NCBI RefSeq assembly: GCF_001194135.2
Contig: NC_068985.1
Span: 108,354,048 to 108,407,068 of the forward strand
Direction of reading: 5' to 3'
Source: Octopus bimaculoides
Lineage: Eukaryota
Length of the DNA stretch: 53,021 bases
The notes under the pieces are model-generated. The model had not been told where the DNA came from. It was given only the letters and a program-made list of their open reading frames with translations, and ran no database searches. A program made the translations under genes and the position numbers. Of the stretch, positions 38,138 to 49,912 are shown piece after piece (within the stretch, counting starts at the first letter, position 1; each line of letters starts with the position of its first letter).

Positions 38138-41100
38138 GGGGGTCAAGAGATCTCCTCCCGCTATTTGATGGCTACGAGAGACTTTCTCTCCGGGCTGTTC
38201 TGCTGGCGGGAGTGGGGTGTTGGTCCTGTTAAAAAGAAACCGGGTTTCTGAGAAAAAGTTAATATTTTCAGATCCAGAAGGTAGGCTGGTCGTCGTGGAT
38301 TTGACGCTCAGTCGTGGTAAGATTACCAGACTGGTTGCGATTTATGCACCCACTGAAAATGGGCAAAGTGCTCGGTACATCACGGTACATCTCGGTACAT
38401 CACATTCTTTAGGAGACTATAACATTCTACGACGCACGCGTAGATTATGATGGCTCGTGTTCTGATAGAAGAGTTAATGCTTGCTTCCTGGAACTGCTAA
38501 GCCACTTTGAGCTAGCAGATCCTTATAGGCTGAAATTTCCGAACGCTCCATTGTGGACATGGTCAAACAGCGACGGATCTTCTAGGTCATACCTAGATAC
38601 GGTGTTAATTAGAAAAGCAAATAAGGATATTGTTAGGTGTCCACAATTTTCCCCGGTCAGCTACAGTGATCATAAATTGGTCACCTGTACGCTCGACATA
38701 GATAAGTTATATAATAGAGGATCCGACTACTGGAAACTTAATACGTCCCTCTTGGCGATTAAGTAGTACAGAGGTGGAGTTAAGTTATTGATTCAGAGGG
38801 CGTTAACCGGATCTGTTATTAATAACAAATGGTGGTATGCCCTCAAGTGAGCCATTAAATTTGAGTCTATTATATATAGCATGAGTTTAGTGGCTAGAGA
38901 GACTAGGAAGGGATTAACATTAGCTAAGGACTTAGAGGAAGCAAAGGAATCTGGCTCTGCAGCTCAGGTGACCGTCAAGAGACTGGCGTTAAACCAGCAC
39001 CTCGAAGCCCAACATATGGGGTGCATTGTCAAAGCTAGGATTCTTACATTGGGTTGGGAAGGAATCAAGGCCGCAGGATGGGCCCGAGTGGTGGAAGCCC
39101 AACGTGGCAACGATGGCACAATTGGATCTTTGACGAACCAACGAAGTAAGTTGACAAACGAGCCTGTAGAGATGTGTAAGGTCTTTCAGGAGCCCTTCAC
39201 TCAGCTTTTCGGGGGTGGCGGTGGACGGGATAGTAGGAGGGACCTAACGGACTTCCTCGCCGGGGCAGGACGCGGAGTGTTGTGAAGGGCTGATCAAGCC
39301 TGAGGAGGTAATTGAGGCTATGGCGGACTGTGACACGGGTAAGGCGCCGGGACTGGATGTTCTGCCCTATGAACTGTATAAGAGTATGCCAGACTTGTTA
39401 GGGCACCTGCTGGCGAATGTCTATGCGAACTGGCAGCAGAATGGGTTCATTCCCAGATCTGTGCGCCGGAAAGTTGTGACTCTTATCAGAAATGAGCCGA
39501 ACAAGGGGGATTGCATTGATGACTATACTGAACACAGAGTTGAAGATTTTGGCCAAAGCGTTATCGAAAAGATTGGCGCGTGTCGCGGATGGCTTGATCG
39601 GAAAGGCACAGACATGTGCCGTTCCTGGTAGAACCATTCAGGATAATCTCCATGTTCAACGGTACACTGTAGCGGGGTTTAATAATGATTCTGGCAAAGG
39701 AGAGGTAGTGGTCCATTTAAACCAATCAAAGGCTTTTGATAGGGTGGACCATCATTATCTGGTGTCCATTCTGGCACAGTTCGGCTTCCTCAGGTGGATC
39801 ATTGAAATTTATCACAACATCGACTCGGTAGTTCGGGTGAACGGTTTTTATCTAAGCCGTTCAGCATCAAACGCTCGGTTCGTCAAGGATGTCATCTCTC
39901 CCCGCTTTTGTATGTAATGTCTCTTGAGCCATTGCTGCGAAAATTAAGTGACATTCTGAGACAGCCAGGTTGTGGAGAGTCGGTTTCAGCGTACGCGGAC
40001 GACATCATCATCACCGTAACCGAAATGGATCACCTACAGAGGGTAGGCAAGGCCATTGAGAAATACGAGGCGGTGGCAGGAGCAAAGGTTAATCGTGAAA
40101 AGTCAGTCGGCTTGCAGCTCGGTACCTGGAGAGGCAAGTCGATGCCTCCTGACAGCGTCGTAGGACGTTGGACGGAGGGTCCGATTAAGCTGCTAGGAGT
40201 CTGGTTTGGACCAGGCCTCCAAATAGAGAAGAACTGGACCGAGGTAGCGAGCAGGGTGGCCCTCATAGCCAAGACCTGGTCTCGGCGGTGGCTATCCCTG
40301 AAAGGGAGGGCGGAGGTGGCCAATGTGTTCATCGCNNNNNNNNNNNNNNNNNNNNNNNNNNNNNNNNNNNNNNNNNNNNNNNNNNNNNNNNNNNNNNNNN
40401 NNNNNNNNNNNNNNNNNNNNNNNNNNNNNNNNNNNNNNNNNNNNNNNNNNNNNNNNNNNNNNNNNNNNNNNNNNNNCGTGGTTGAACAAGCTGGAAAGCT
40501 GATGATGCGCAGGCACGCGCTGACGTTGAGGCATATGTGGTTCTATCTAGATGGCGAACGGGTGTGGTCACCCCGACAAAGCAGATGTTTTCCAAGTTCA
40601 CTTGTTTCGGTGGACTGGAGATCTGGTTCTATCATAGATCGAAGTTGAGTACATGGTTTACGGAGTGTCGTAAGTTTCTCAGGATATTCCATCTCTCGGG
40701 CAACGCCTGCGGTAGTGGTTCTACCACATTCTTCTTTAGAGGGTTGGTAGAGGCGAAATGTGACGATACCTTGGGGGAAGCCCTAGGTCTCGATGATAAT
40801 CCGCTGGCCAGTCTGGTCCAACGTACACTTGGGCCGAAGACACTGGATAACTTCCAGAAGTCTTTGGTATGGCAATGTTACCGAGGAGCCTTACCTGTCC
40901 GAGACAAGCTCGCAAGGCGTGGTGGCCCCGGCACACCGACCTGTCCAAGATGTGGGCGGGACAGGACAGAGAAACCGTCCCGCATGCTATTGTTCAGTGT
41001 TCGGAGGTGTCACATGTGTGGGTTTAAGCCGAACAACTGTTGTCAAGTACAGGAAGAGTACAGCTATCGACTGAGTCAATGGTAAAAAATTGACCCACCG

Positions 41101-41455
41101 GATTTCCTGTCGGAAGAAGGTAAGAATTGCTTTCTCATCATAGTAGCAATTGCGAGAGGTGATTTGGAAGACGCGAGTGAAAGGGTTAATAACAGGCATT
41201 TTTATTTCTGGCCCTGGGCTGGTGAATTTCTTCACCTTCCACCTAAGAAGGAAAATAGGGTTAGAGAAAAAACGCCTGTCCGTGAAAATATTTCAAGATC
41301 GATGGAAGAATGTCGCACGAATGTTGCGTATGGATGGGACCGCATGAATACAATGCAGGATGAACCTAAAGCATAAGTGGTGAGGCGGGGCTCGTGGGGT
41401 CCGAGCATATCCCGCCTTCCCACTCCATTCTGTAATGTTGTCTTGTAATCATTCG
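38138..41455 (+). mobile_element. Tx1/L1-clade LINE ORF2, 5'-truncated and frameshifted
   Basis: APE: EGRLVVVD, VAIYAP, WTW..SYLD, SDHKLV, YWKLNTSLL. RT: KAPGLD, QSKAFDRVDH, SAYADDI, KLLGVWF. C-terminal CPRC. Confidence 0.93.
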
Positions 41456-41484
41456 AACTCTTCATATTTATGTAAAATTGCGAA

Positions 41485-41660
41485 ATGCTTAGCGGTATTT
41501 CTTCTGTTTTTACGTTCTGAGTTCAATTTCCGCCGAGGTCGACATTGCCTTTCATCCTTTTGGGGTCGATAAATTCAGTACAAGTTGCATACTGGGTCGA
41601 TCTAATCGACTGGTCCCCTCCCACTAAATTTCGGGCCTTGTGCCCAGAGTAGGAAAAAGT
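41485..41660 (+). mobile_element. Octopus tRNA-derived SINE, type 2 (Nin/Deu-like core)
   Basis: Core gttctgagttcaa..ccgccgaggtcgac..gcctttcatcctttt.ggggtcgataaa; other copies at ~11150-11430, 12730-12900, 20290-20400, 32085-32370, 49270-49460 and 50735-50935. Confidence 0.88.
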
Positions 41661-42399
41661 ATGTTATAAACTCCACGGACACGAAGGAATTTCTGAAGTA
41701 AATCCATTCGTATTATATCCATACATTTGATGACATTTTGTCGAATGGATGTGTTGAGAGCAAATTATTCTCACAACAAAATTTCCATTTCATAATTTCG
41801 GAACCAAAAGAAGAATACAACTGATTCATTTCATGGACTTGCAGAAATTACTTTCTCTTCCAGTACGAAACTTTCAGAAGAAATCTGAACATTGATACTA
41901 CCAGACATGAAGAAATCACCAAAAGAAGCAACGTACTTGAAAAGTATTTTGATTTGTACAGAAATGAACAAGTCGTTGATTGGTTGAAATTACTCAAATA
42001 CAGCTATAACACGAAATAACTTCTAAAATGCCAACTTATGTCAAAAATGTTCAAAGTAAACCGTGTTCTGCGAGAGACATTCCACCAGTTTACGAAGTTT
42101 GAAACTGCTTAGTTAAAAAAAAAAAAATGAACACATCCGAGGGTATAAAGATTTAAGCTGTTGTTGAGAAAAATATTTCCGACATGGAGGATTAGAAAAC
42201 ATAAATATTGGAAAAGACCTCCCTGTAAAACGATGATTCACATTGGTTGTCTATATGCCGAAAACATGACTGCGGCTCAATGTTCTGTAAATACTGTAAA
42301 GGCTATAGAACGTGACTGGACAGTTGCATCGGAGACAACAAAATTGCGACATTCATGAATAGACACTTTCGACTACGTTTGCACGCGTGGGTTTATTGC

Positions 42400-42932
42400 T
42401 ACAGTTTTAAATAGAGCCTTAATCTCAATTCAGACGACTATGTGAAGCAGCTGGAGGGTGAGGTCAACCCTTGACTGTATAGGGCTGCTGCCTGAAGGCC
42501 ATATGTGTAGCTGCAGGATTCAACTCTTTGTCATACTACTGGAAAGAGTCAGAAATGGCTGTCGGAGAATACTTATAGCTACACAAACCCAGGTTTCGGG
42601 CATCCTGATTCTCCGATTTTAATGAAATGGATTATCGTGTATGGAAGCAAGTGAGAAAGATAACCATCTACTCTACTTGCAACACAGAAGCCAGGCTGGG
42701 TGTCAAGAGGAAGGTGTTCAAAAATCTTGTCAGGAACACAGCAAGGAACGCATGCACCAGGTTCCGGAGCCGTTGTGGAAGCTGGGGACGGCTCCTTTCA
42801 GTAAATACCCATTTGCTGGCCATTTAGTTGATATGTTTAGTTATTTAAAAATCCTTCTAATTCAGGATGGGATATTGTGTTTTCTTTTCCTTGTATTCAA
42901 ACTGTTAAATTTAGTCCGAACATCCTGTACAT
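42400..42932 (+). mobile_element. maT/DD37D-like transposon 3' fragment
   Basis: RPYV.LQDSTLCHTTGKSQKWLSEN; end ccgaacatcctgta resembles a TIR. Confidence 0.7.
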
Positions 42933-43133
42933 GCATGATCTTTTGTGTTTATGTAATATTATTAGTTATCCATATTTTCAGATTGTTGATATAATAAAAT
43001 CAATCTGAAAATATAAACACAACGTTTTATGAATTCAATGATGTGAATTAAAACCTCAAATTAATGTTTTAAACTAGAAAATGACTGATTTAAACGAGAA
43101 AAATGTAATTGGAAATATTTAATAGTTACATAC

Positions 43134-43148
43134 CGTGTGAAGGACGAA
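43134..43148 (-). CDS. Gene B micro-exon 5 (15 nt, family B)
   Basis: Exon identical to 43437-43451, 303 bp away; could be a real duplication or an assembly duplicate. Confidence 0.65.
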
Positions 43149-43436
43149 CTGAAAAAAAGAAAAGATAAGAATGATGTACATATAAATTATAAACCTGTTA
43201 AGATATACATTTTTTGGTTCATTTATAGTTACTCAAAGGAAATAATTTAACATTTTCCTCCAAATAAAATTATTATTTGCTAAAGTGAATTACTAACAAA
43301 TCAATTTGAAAATATATACACAGCATCTTATGAATTCAATAATGTGAATTAAAACCTCAAATTAATGTTTTAAACTAGAAAAATGACTGATTTAAACGAG
43401 AAAAATGTAATTGGAAATATTTAAATAGTTACATAC

Positions 43437-43451
43437 CGTGTGAAGGACGAA
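43437..43451 (-). CDS. Gene B micro-exon 4 (15 nt, family B)
   Basis: ctttttttcag|TTCGTCCTTCACACG|gtatgt; phase 1-1, VRPSH. Confidence 0.72.
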
Positions 43452-43650
43452 CTGAAAAAAAAGAAAAGATAAGAATGATGTACATATAAATTATAAACCT
43501 GTTAAGATATACATTTTTTGGTTCATTTACAGTTGCTCAAAGGAAATAATTTAACATTTTCCTCCAAATAAAATTATTATTTGCTAAAGTGAATTACTAA
43601 CAAATCAATTTGAAAATATATACACAGCATCTTATGAATTAGTTACATAC

Positions 43651-43665
43651 CTTGTGAAGGACGAA
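43651..43665 (-). CDS. Gene B micro-exon 3 (15 nt, family B)
   Basis: (t)ncag|TTCGTCCTTCACAAG|gtatgt; phase 1-1, xRPSQ. Confidence 0.75.
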
Positions 43666-44089
43666 CTGAAAAAAAAAAAAGATAAGAATGATGTACATAA
43701 AAATTATAAACCTATTAAGATATACATTTTTTGGTTCATTTATAGTCGCTCAAAGGAAATAATTTAACATTTTCCTCCAAATAAAGTTATTATCTGTTAA
43801 AGTGAATTACTATTGAATTTCTTAAAATACTTAAAGCGTTCGCTAAAGCATTGTTATTTAAAAAAAAGTATATTACTATTTAAACATAGAACATACGTAG
43901 TCAAATCCAGTTGTAGAGCACAGTTTGAAACCATTAATTGCTCGCCTATGGGACTCCAACGCATGGTCAGGAAGACAAGAAAAGGATTGATCTCTAACAT
44001 TCACCACCTTAAGGTAGACGTTGACGGTTTTTACCAACATAAAACTAATAAGGGAAAAGGAATGTTATAATGCTATGGAAACTCCACTA

Positions 44090-44884
44090 TAGGAATGAAC
44101 ATATATTTATGTAGTGCAGAGGATTACATGCTGCGAACATGAAAAACAGTTGCATTCTGTTGTCAAGGAAGCTTGCAAATTCGCAAGAAAAATTGACGCT
44201 AACTCTATATTATACCCACGTGTTTATACATTTTGTGTGGGCCAACTTGATGCTAGTGTCTAATTTAATGGGTGTTGTTTGTTTGAGCTTCTGTCTAGCC
44301 AAATTTGCTTTAGCAAACTTCTCAAGGCCAAAATCCATCCAGATATCATTGCTAAACTCTTTAACACTTGTTCGCAGCCCGTCTATCTCTTGGTGATTTT
44401 TTGCAAACGGTCTCAGATTGTCCATGCAAAAAGAAATGGTTTATTATCCTAAAAATTCTGTAGCCATTCCAATGTTCAATCGGTTTGAAAGTGGGACTAG
44501 CGCCATACAGAAAAGTAATGAGGAAAGGGAGTCACTTTAATGGATGCCTCGCGTGATACTGAAGCTGTTGGAATGGCTTATTTCATTACTATGGTTAAGA
44601 AAAAGACGTGTTCTATTTGGCCATGGTGTTTCGTATATTTTTGGGAGATGACAAGATCTTATATATATACTCGAAGTCCTTCATATATAGATGTGAGTTC
44701 GTGTCCACAGCTAGCCACATACACTTTTTTCTGCAAAATAGGGGTAGTTTATCCTGTTCAGGCTATATTATTAGCATTATTCTGCGATTGAGAATTTAAA
44801 ATCATTTCTTTAACTTTCTAAGACATCTCAACGCTTCTAAAAGCAAACTTCGTTTGTTTATTTACGTTTGTCGTAATTTGAATT

Positions 44885-44933
<49 letters not shown>

Positions 44934-46121
44934 ATTATATGCATATATCCATACATATATGTACATACCGACATCTATATGTATACATACAAGCATATAT
45001 GGGTACAGGACCTCACAAAAAAACCAAAAAAAAAAAAAACGTTAAACACAATGAGAAACGAAGACATAAAGACGAAGACAGAAAACGAATTTTTTTTTGA
45101 ACAACGAAAGAAACAAACAGAGAAACGAGACATGCACCATATTACCCTTCTTCAGTTGTCCCTGCTCCATCTACTCCGCGTTTCAAAGGCAAGGACAATA
45201 CGCGACTTCGTTGGAGCAGTCCTTTCCGCAAGCAAATTAATTAAAATTTGGAATACCCATATATGCTTGTATGTATACATATAGATGTCGGTATGTACAT
45301 ACATGTATGGATATATGCATACAATTATATTTTATATATGTTATTATATACCTCCAAGTAAGTTTTATCTTAATATTTTCTAGTGTGCACCCTACTACTA
45401 TTGCTGTCACTTTTCTGTCTATATCTCTCTCCATCTCTTGTTCTTCATCCTTTCTTACTTTCTCTCCCAACCCTCCCCGATTCTTCTCTTCCTTTCACCG
45501 TTCCCTCTCTCACTCCTCCTCCTTGACCCTCTCGTCGCTGATACGTGACGAAAGGGATTCTTTCTTTCTACTTCCTGCCTTCCTACAGAAAAGACGTGAA
45601 TATTTTTCTCTCTCATTCACATCTAATTTCGGGTTCAAAATAATTTTTCTATCGTCTTGGCCTAACAGCCCTTACCGTTTGTTCTCACTGACCTGTCTTA
45701 TTTTTACTGTCTTGTTCTCACTGTACTGTTCTTGTTTACACTTTCACCCTCCGCAAAAATGTCCAAATTTTAATTAATTTGCTTGCGGGATGGACTGCTC
45801 CAACGAAGTCGCGTATTGTCCTTGCCTTCGTAAAGCGGAGTAGATGGAGCAGGGACAACTGAAGAAGGGTAATATTCTTCATGTTGCATGTCTCGTTTCT
45901 CTGTTTCTTTTTTTAGTTGTTCGAAAAAAAAGTTCATTTTATGTCTTCGTCTATATGTTTTCGTCTCTCGTTGTGTTTAACATTTTTTGCGATGCCCTGT
46001 ACTCGTATATGCTTGTATGTATACATATAGATGTCGGTATGTACATATATGTATGGATATATGCATATAATTATATATTATGTTATTATATGATCAAAAG
46101 CCACGCATTGCCTCCAAGTAA

Positions 46122-46195
<74 letters not shown>

Positions 46196-46850
46196 GACTT
46201 CGAGTATCCATCGATGTTGGACACTACCAAATGCTTTCCTGTAGTCTATCCTCGGCGTACGCAGTATTTTGTTTTGCTGCGGCAACTTTCTAAACTTTTT
46301 CTATTTATGAGTTATTGATCTTTGCACCCATAAGAATTATTTTAGTGCCTTTTTGTGCTTGTGGAAGGATAACGTTCTCTGTAAAGAAAGTGTACATTCT
46401 TTCAGTTATTATAGATTTGGGGGTCATTTAAGTGGTGTTGAGAAATGTCATTTGTCGGTAATTCTTCAGGATTTTCGTATCATCAGATTTTGGTAGATAT
46501 TTGCTCAGGATTCTGAATGATATTTATGGACACAGTAAAAATTTCGTGTACATCTCTCAAACAATTCAGCTATAAGTTAGGTCGCGGGATTTTCCATTAA
46601 TAAGGCTTTATAAGAGTACACCCTATCTCTTCAATTACATCCTGTGACCCCCTTCTCACGTTCTATCCCGTCAATTTCAGCATTAAACTCTTCCTTGTTA
46701 TCTTCTTCCAGAACTCTTCCACGTCCTCAATTTTAAATGTCTCCTTTACCTCTATCCTCGTTTTGCCAATTTGCCTATGCAATTTCTTCGCGTCTGTTTT
46801 GAATATTTTTTTCTGACAATAAAGTTAGCATCTTTTTTCATACCTTCTAA
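44090..46850 (-). mobile_element. One R4/Dong LINE remnant split by an internal insertion (44880-46195)
   Basis: Motifs in the correct minus-strand order: KNYRQMTFL and YGCKDQ (46450-46310), IDYRKAFGSVQHRWILEVL (46250-46195), RGIH.SDSLS (~44540), FSNDIWMDFGLEK (~44340). Confidence 0.8.
44925..46095. mobile_element. Penelope-like non-autonomous element with inverted and direct terminal repeats
   Basis: 44925-45250 is the inverted copy of 45765-46090; 45254-45350 directly repeats ~46000-46090; microsatellites on both flanks; related sequence at 52660-53021. PLE assignment inferred from architecture. Confidence 0.6.
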
Positions 46851-47026
46851 GCCGTAGGGCTTTGTAACAATATACGCTGTTTCGATAATGTGTATTTCGA
46901 ATATATTAATTTTTTTTCGTAGCGACACATGCCATGTTTGTTGATAGAAATAAAAATCGGCTGTTTAAGATTTTAACTAAAGAAACATATATAAAGTGAA
47001 ATGAAACAACAAAATAGTCTACTTAC

Positions 47027-47056
47027 AATAATTAAATCTGAATGGATTAGTCGCAC
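47027..47056 (-). CDS. Gene B micro-exon 2 (30 nt, family C)
   Basis: ttcttacatttcag|GTGCGACTAATCCATTCAGATTTAATTATT|gtaagt; phase 1-1, GATNPFRFNY. Confidence 0.75.
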
Positions 47057-48352
47057 CTGAAATGTAAGAATTTTAATTGTTAGGAAATACTTATCAATTG
47101 TCATATACGGTCGTTTAAACGTATTAAGCTACATATAGTTTAAATTAATTGTTTAATGTAAATCTGTTATAAAGTAATAATACAACTACTTGACTAAGAA
47201 ATGTGATTTTTATTTGTGGTCATTTAGTAGTATGCTCAACGGAGATATTTCCTTCACAGCTATATTATATCGTATATTTTACAGTGATATATAATTTCTG
47301 TTACATAAATATTTTATGCTTATTTTTCATAAACCTGATTTACATTAATGTTGTATACTAAATATGAAATATCTGAGAATAAATATTTTAGGAATGTTGA
47401 ACGAAAACGAAACAACTATGCCGTGCTTGTGAAAATAATTTCTGAGGAAATACATATTTACTGTTAGGTTTTAAAATAACAGGAAAAATATAACAGATGT
47501 TCAGAAAAATTGTATCAGAAAAGGTTTTTTTAGCTAGATACGAAATATACAGAGATTAAAATAAAACATATTGAATTCAACATCAAATCAAATTAAGTAG
47601 GACTAATTGTAAAAGGCGAGACGACTATTTTTTTTTTAAAAACTACTCCCCAGCGTTGGTGGGAGACAAGCACAGACGCAAAGACATGCATAAACATGTA
47701 TGTATGTATGTATGTATGTATGTGTGTGTGTGCGTATATATATATATGTATATATATATATTGTTGTGTCTGAGGAGAGTCATTCTCTTTTAGTACCTTA
47801 TTATTTAAAACACTCTCTGGTAAAATTTTCATTCATTTACTTATTTATTTTTCCTAAAATTTTCGTTGCGTCTTGCAACCTTTTCAATGGTCGTTGACTC
47901 TGAGTAGTTGGTAGATACTTCTGAGGAGAAACATGACGTTATTGGTTAAATTTGGAAATCACATGATAAAGCTTTGTCCAACCATTACTTTTTGTGGGTT
48001 CATCTCCCAAGGGAAAGATTGTTTTCGTTTGCTGTGCCCGCTTCCCGTAAATATAATGAGGTTAGTGGTTTTTGTGGCTTTCAGAGTTAAGTTCGACTCT
48101 TATTTTTAGCAATCGCTGGGCTTCTTTCAGTTTCTGTCTGCCAAATCCACTTTCTTTGGTCAGCTCGAGACTATAGCAGAAGACTTAACATGGAACCATA
48201 TAGTTGGAAAGCAAACTTCTTACCACTCATTCATCCCAGTACGGTGCAATGTTAAATGTAATCTCGAAAGACTTAAACACCTACTTTAAAATTTTTTTAC
48301 CGAATAAGACATATACAGAAAGTAAAAGGAAAAAAAGGAATATTCTACTTAC

Positions 48353-48367
48353 CAGTGAGAGTTATCT
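48353..48367 (-). CDS. Gene B micro-exon 1 (15 nt, family C)
   Basis: cctcaaatttcag|AGATAACTCTCACTG|gtaagt; phase 1-1, xITLT; upstream intron homologous to that of the 47056 exon. Confidence 0.7.
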
Positions 48368-49081
48368 CTGAAATTTGAGGAATTTTAATTGTTAGGAAAT
48401 GCTTTTCAATATTCAAGTTCTATTGTTTTAATCATATTAAATTAAGCACAATTCAAAATTAGTTAGTTGATATAAATCAGTGAAAAAGAAGAATACGATG
48501 ATCAAAATAAGAAATATGGCTGCACTTCTAAATATGTGCAAGTGAACTTTTTTTGTCTGAATCAATGTCAGTTTTCCACCCTTTTGTCACCACCACAATC
48601 TTTGATGTCTTTCCACCACTACAAGTAATTGACCTGGGTGTCTAATTTGGTCCCTTTCACTATGTTGTGTTGTCATTTTCATTAAACTTCAGGAATAATA
48701 ATGAGCATCTTTAAAGACAAACGAAAGGGTTTAAATATTAAAAGTACATAAATTAAAGCTTTAATTATCTCGAACATGCAAAGGAATTGATCGATGGACC
48801 TCAGATTTAATAGAGACAGGAAGTTGTAAAGATAATTAATGGACATGCTGTAAACAATATATATATTTACTGTATATGTTATTATTTCCATTGCATCCTG
48901 TTGCGATGGCATATTTATAACAGCAACGGTGTTTCAAATTCCTTATTTAACAGTTGAAATTTAGCTAAATTAATTATGTAAAAATTTCTATAGTTCATGA
49001 AGTTTGTGCCATGAACAATTTTGAATAACAGGAAGGGAATTTTGTAATATCTTTGAGATGTCTTGCTTTATATTCTTCCAA

Positions 49082-49125
<44 letters not shown>

Positions 49126-49224
49126 GTCAGTCTGCCTGCCTACCAGCCTGCCTACCTACCTACATACTACCTACCTACCTACCTATCTATCTATCTATAT
49201 GTGTGTTTGTGGTTTGCAAAATCA

Positions 49225-49268
<44 letters not shown>

Positions 49269-49585
49269 GCCGGTGAATTGGATATAATGCTTAGAGGCCT
49301 TTCGTCCGTCTTTATGTTATGAATTCCCCGAATTCCACGTGGGTTGAATTAGCCTTTGATCCTTGGGAGTCGATAAAATAAGTAAAGTTCAACACTGTGG
49401 TTGATGTAATCGACGACTAGTCCCCTTCCCCAAAATTCAGACCTTGTGCCTATAGTAAAAAGGATTATTATTATTGTTTGACTATCGACAGGTATTGCAC
49501 ATCTCTCACGTTAGCTTGTTATTATTTCTATTGTGACACGAAGTTGTATATTAAACATTTGCTTTTGTTTTATGGATCTTTTGAC

Positions 49586-49912
49586 GATCTTTTGGTTAAA
49601 GTATCACAATAATGAAAATGTTTGTTCGGCAATTTCCGTACAATTTTTCTTTTCTTTAATCGTGTATGTTTATGTATTTTTGTGTATCTATTATGTGCTT
49701 GCATGTATGAATGTATGTATATTTGAGTATGCATGTTTATACATATACACATATATGCAGTACTTACATAAAAATACATACATACAAACGTATAAAGACA
49801 TAATGCATACACAAAAAATACGCATAAACACAAGCGATTCTGCTAAAAAAATAAAAATTTTATACGGAAATTGCCGAACACTTTCGTTATCGTGATATTT
49901 GAATTAGAAGAT
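49586..49912. mobile_element. MITE-like fold-back element
   Basis: Imperfect ~60-bp TIRs (49586-49648, 49853-49912) sharing gttcggcaatttccgta. Confidence 0.6.

Larger units (their letters stand above)
43020..43820. repeat. Tandem repeat, 303-bp period, two full and one partly deleted copy, each with a 15-nt micro-exon
   Basis: Near-identical units; exon positions 43134, 43437 and 43651. Confidence 0.95.

Noticed and set aside
44723-44730. ttttgcag|AAAAAAGT|gtatgt
   Set aside because: At 8 nt it would shift the frame, and it sits inside a LINE remnant.
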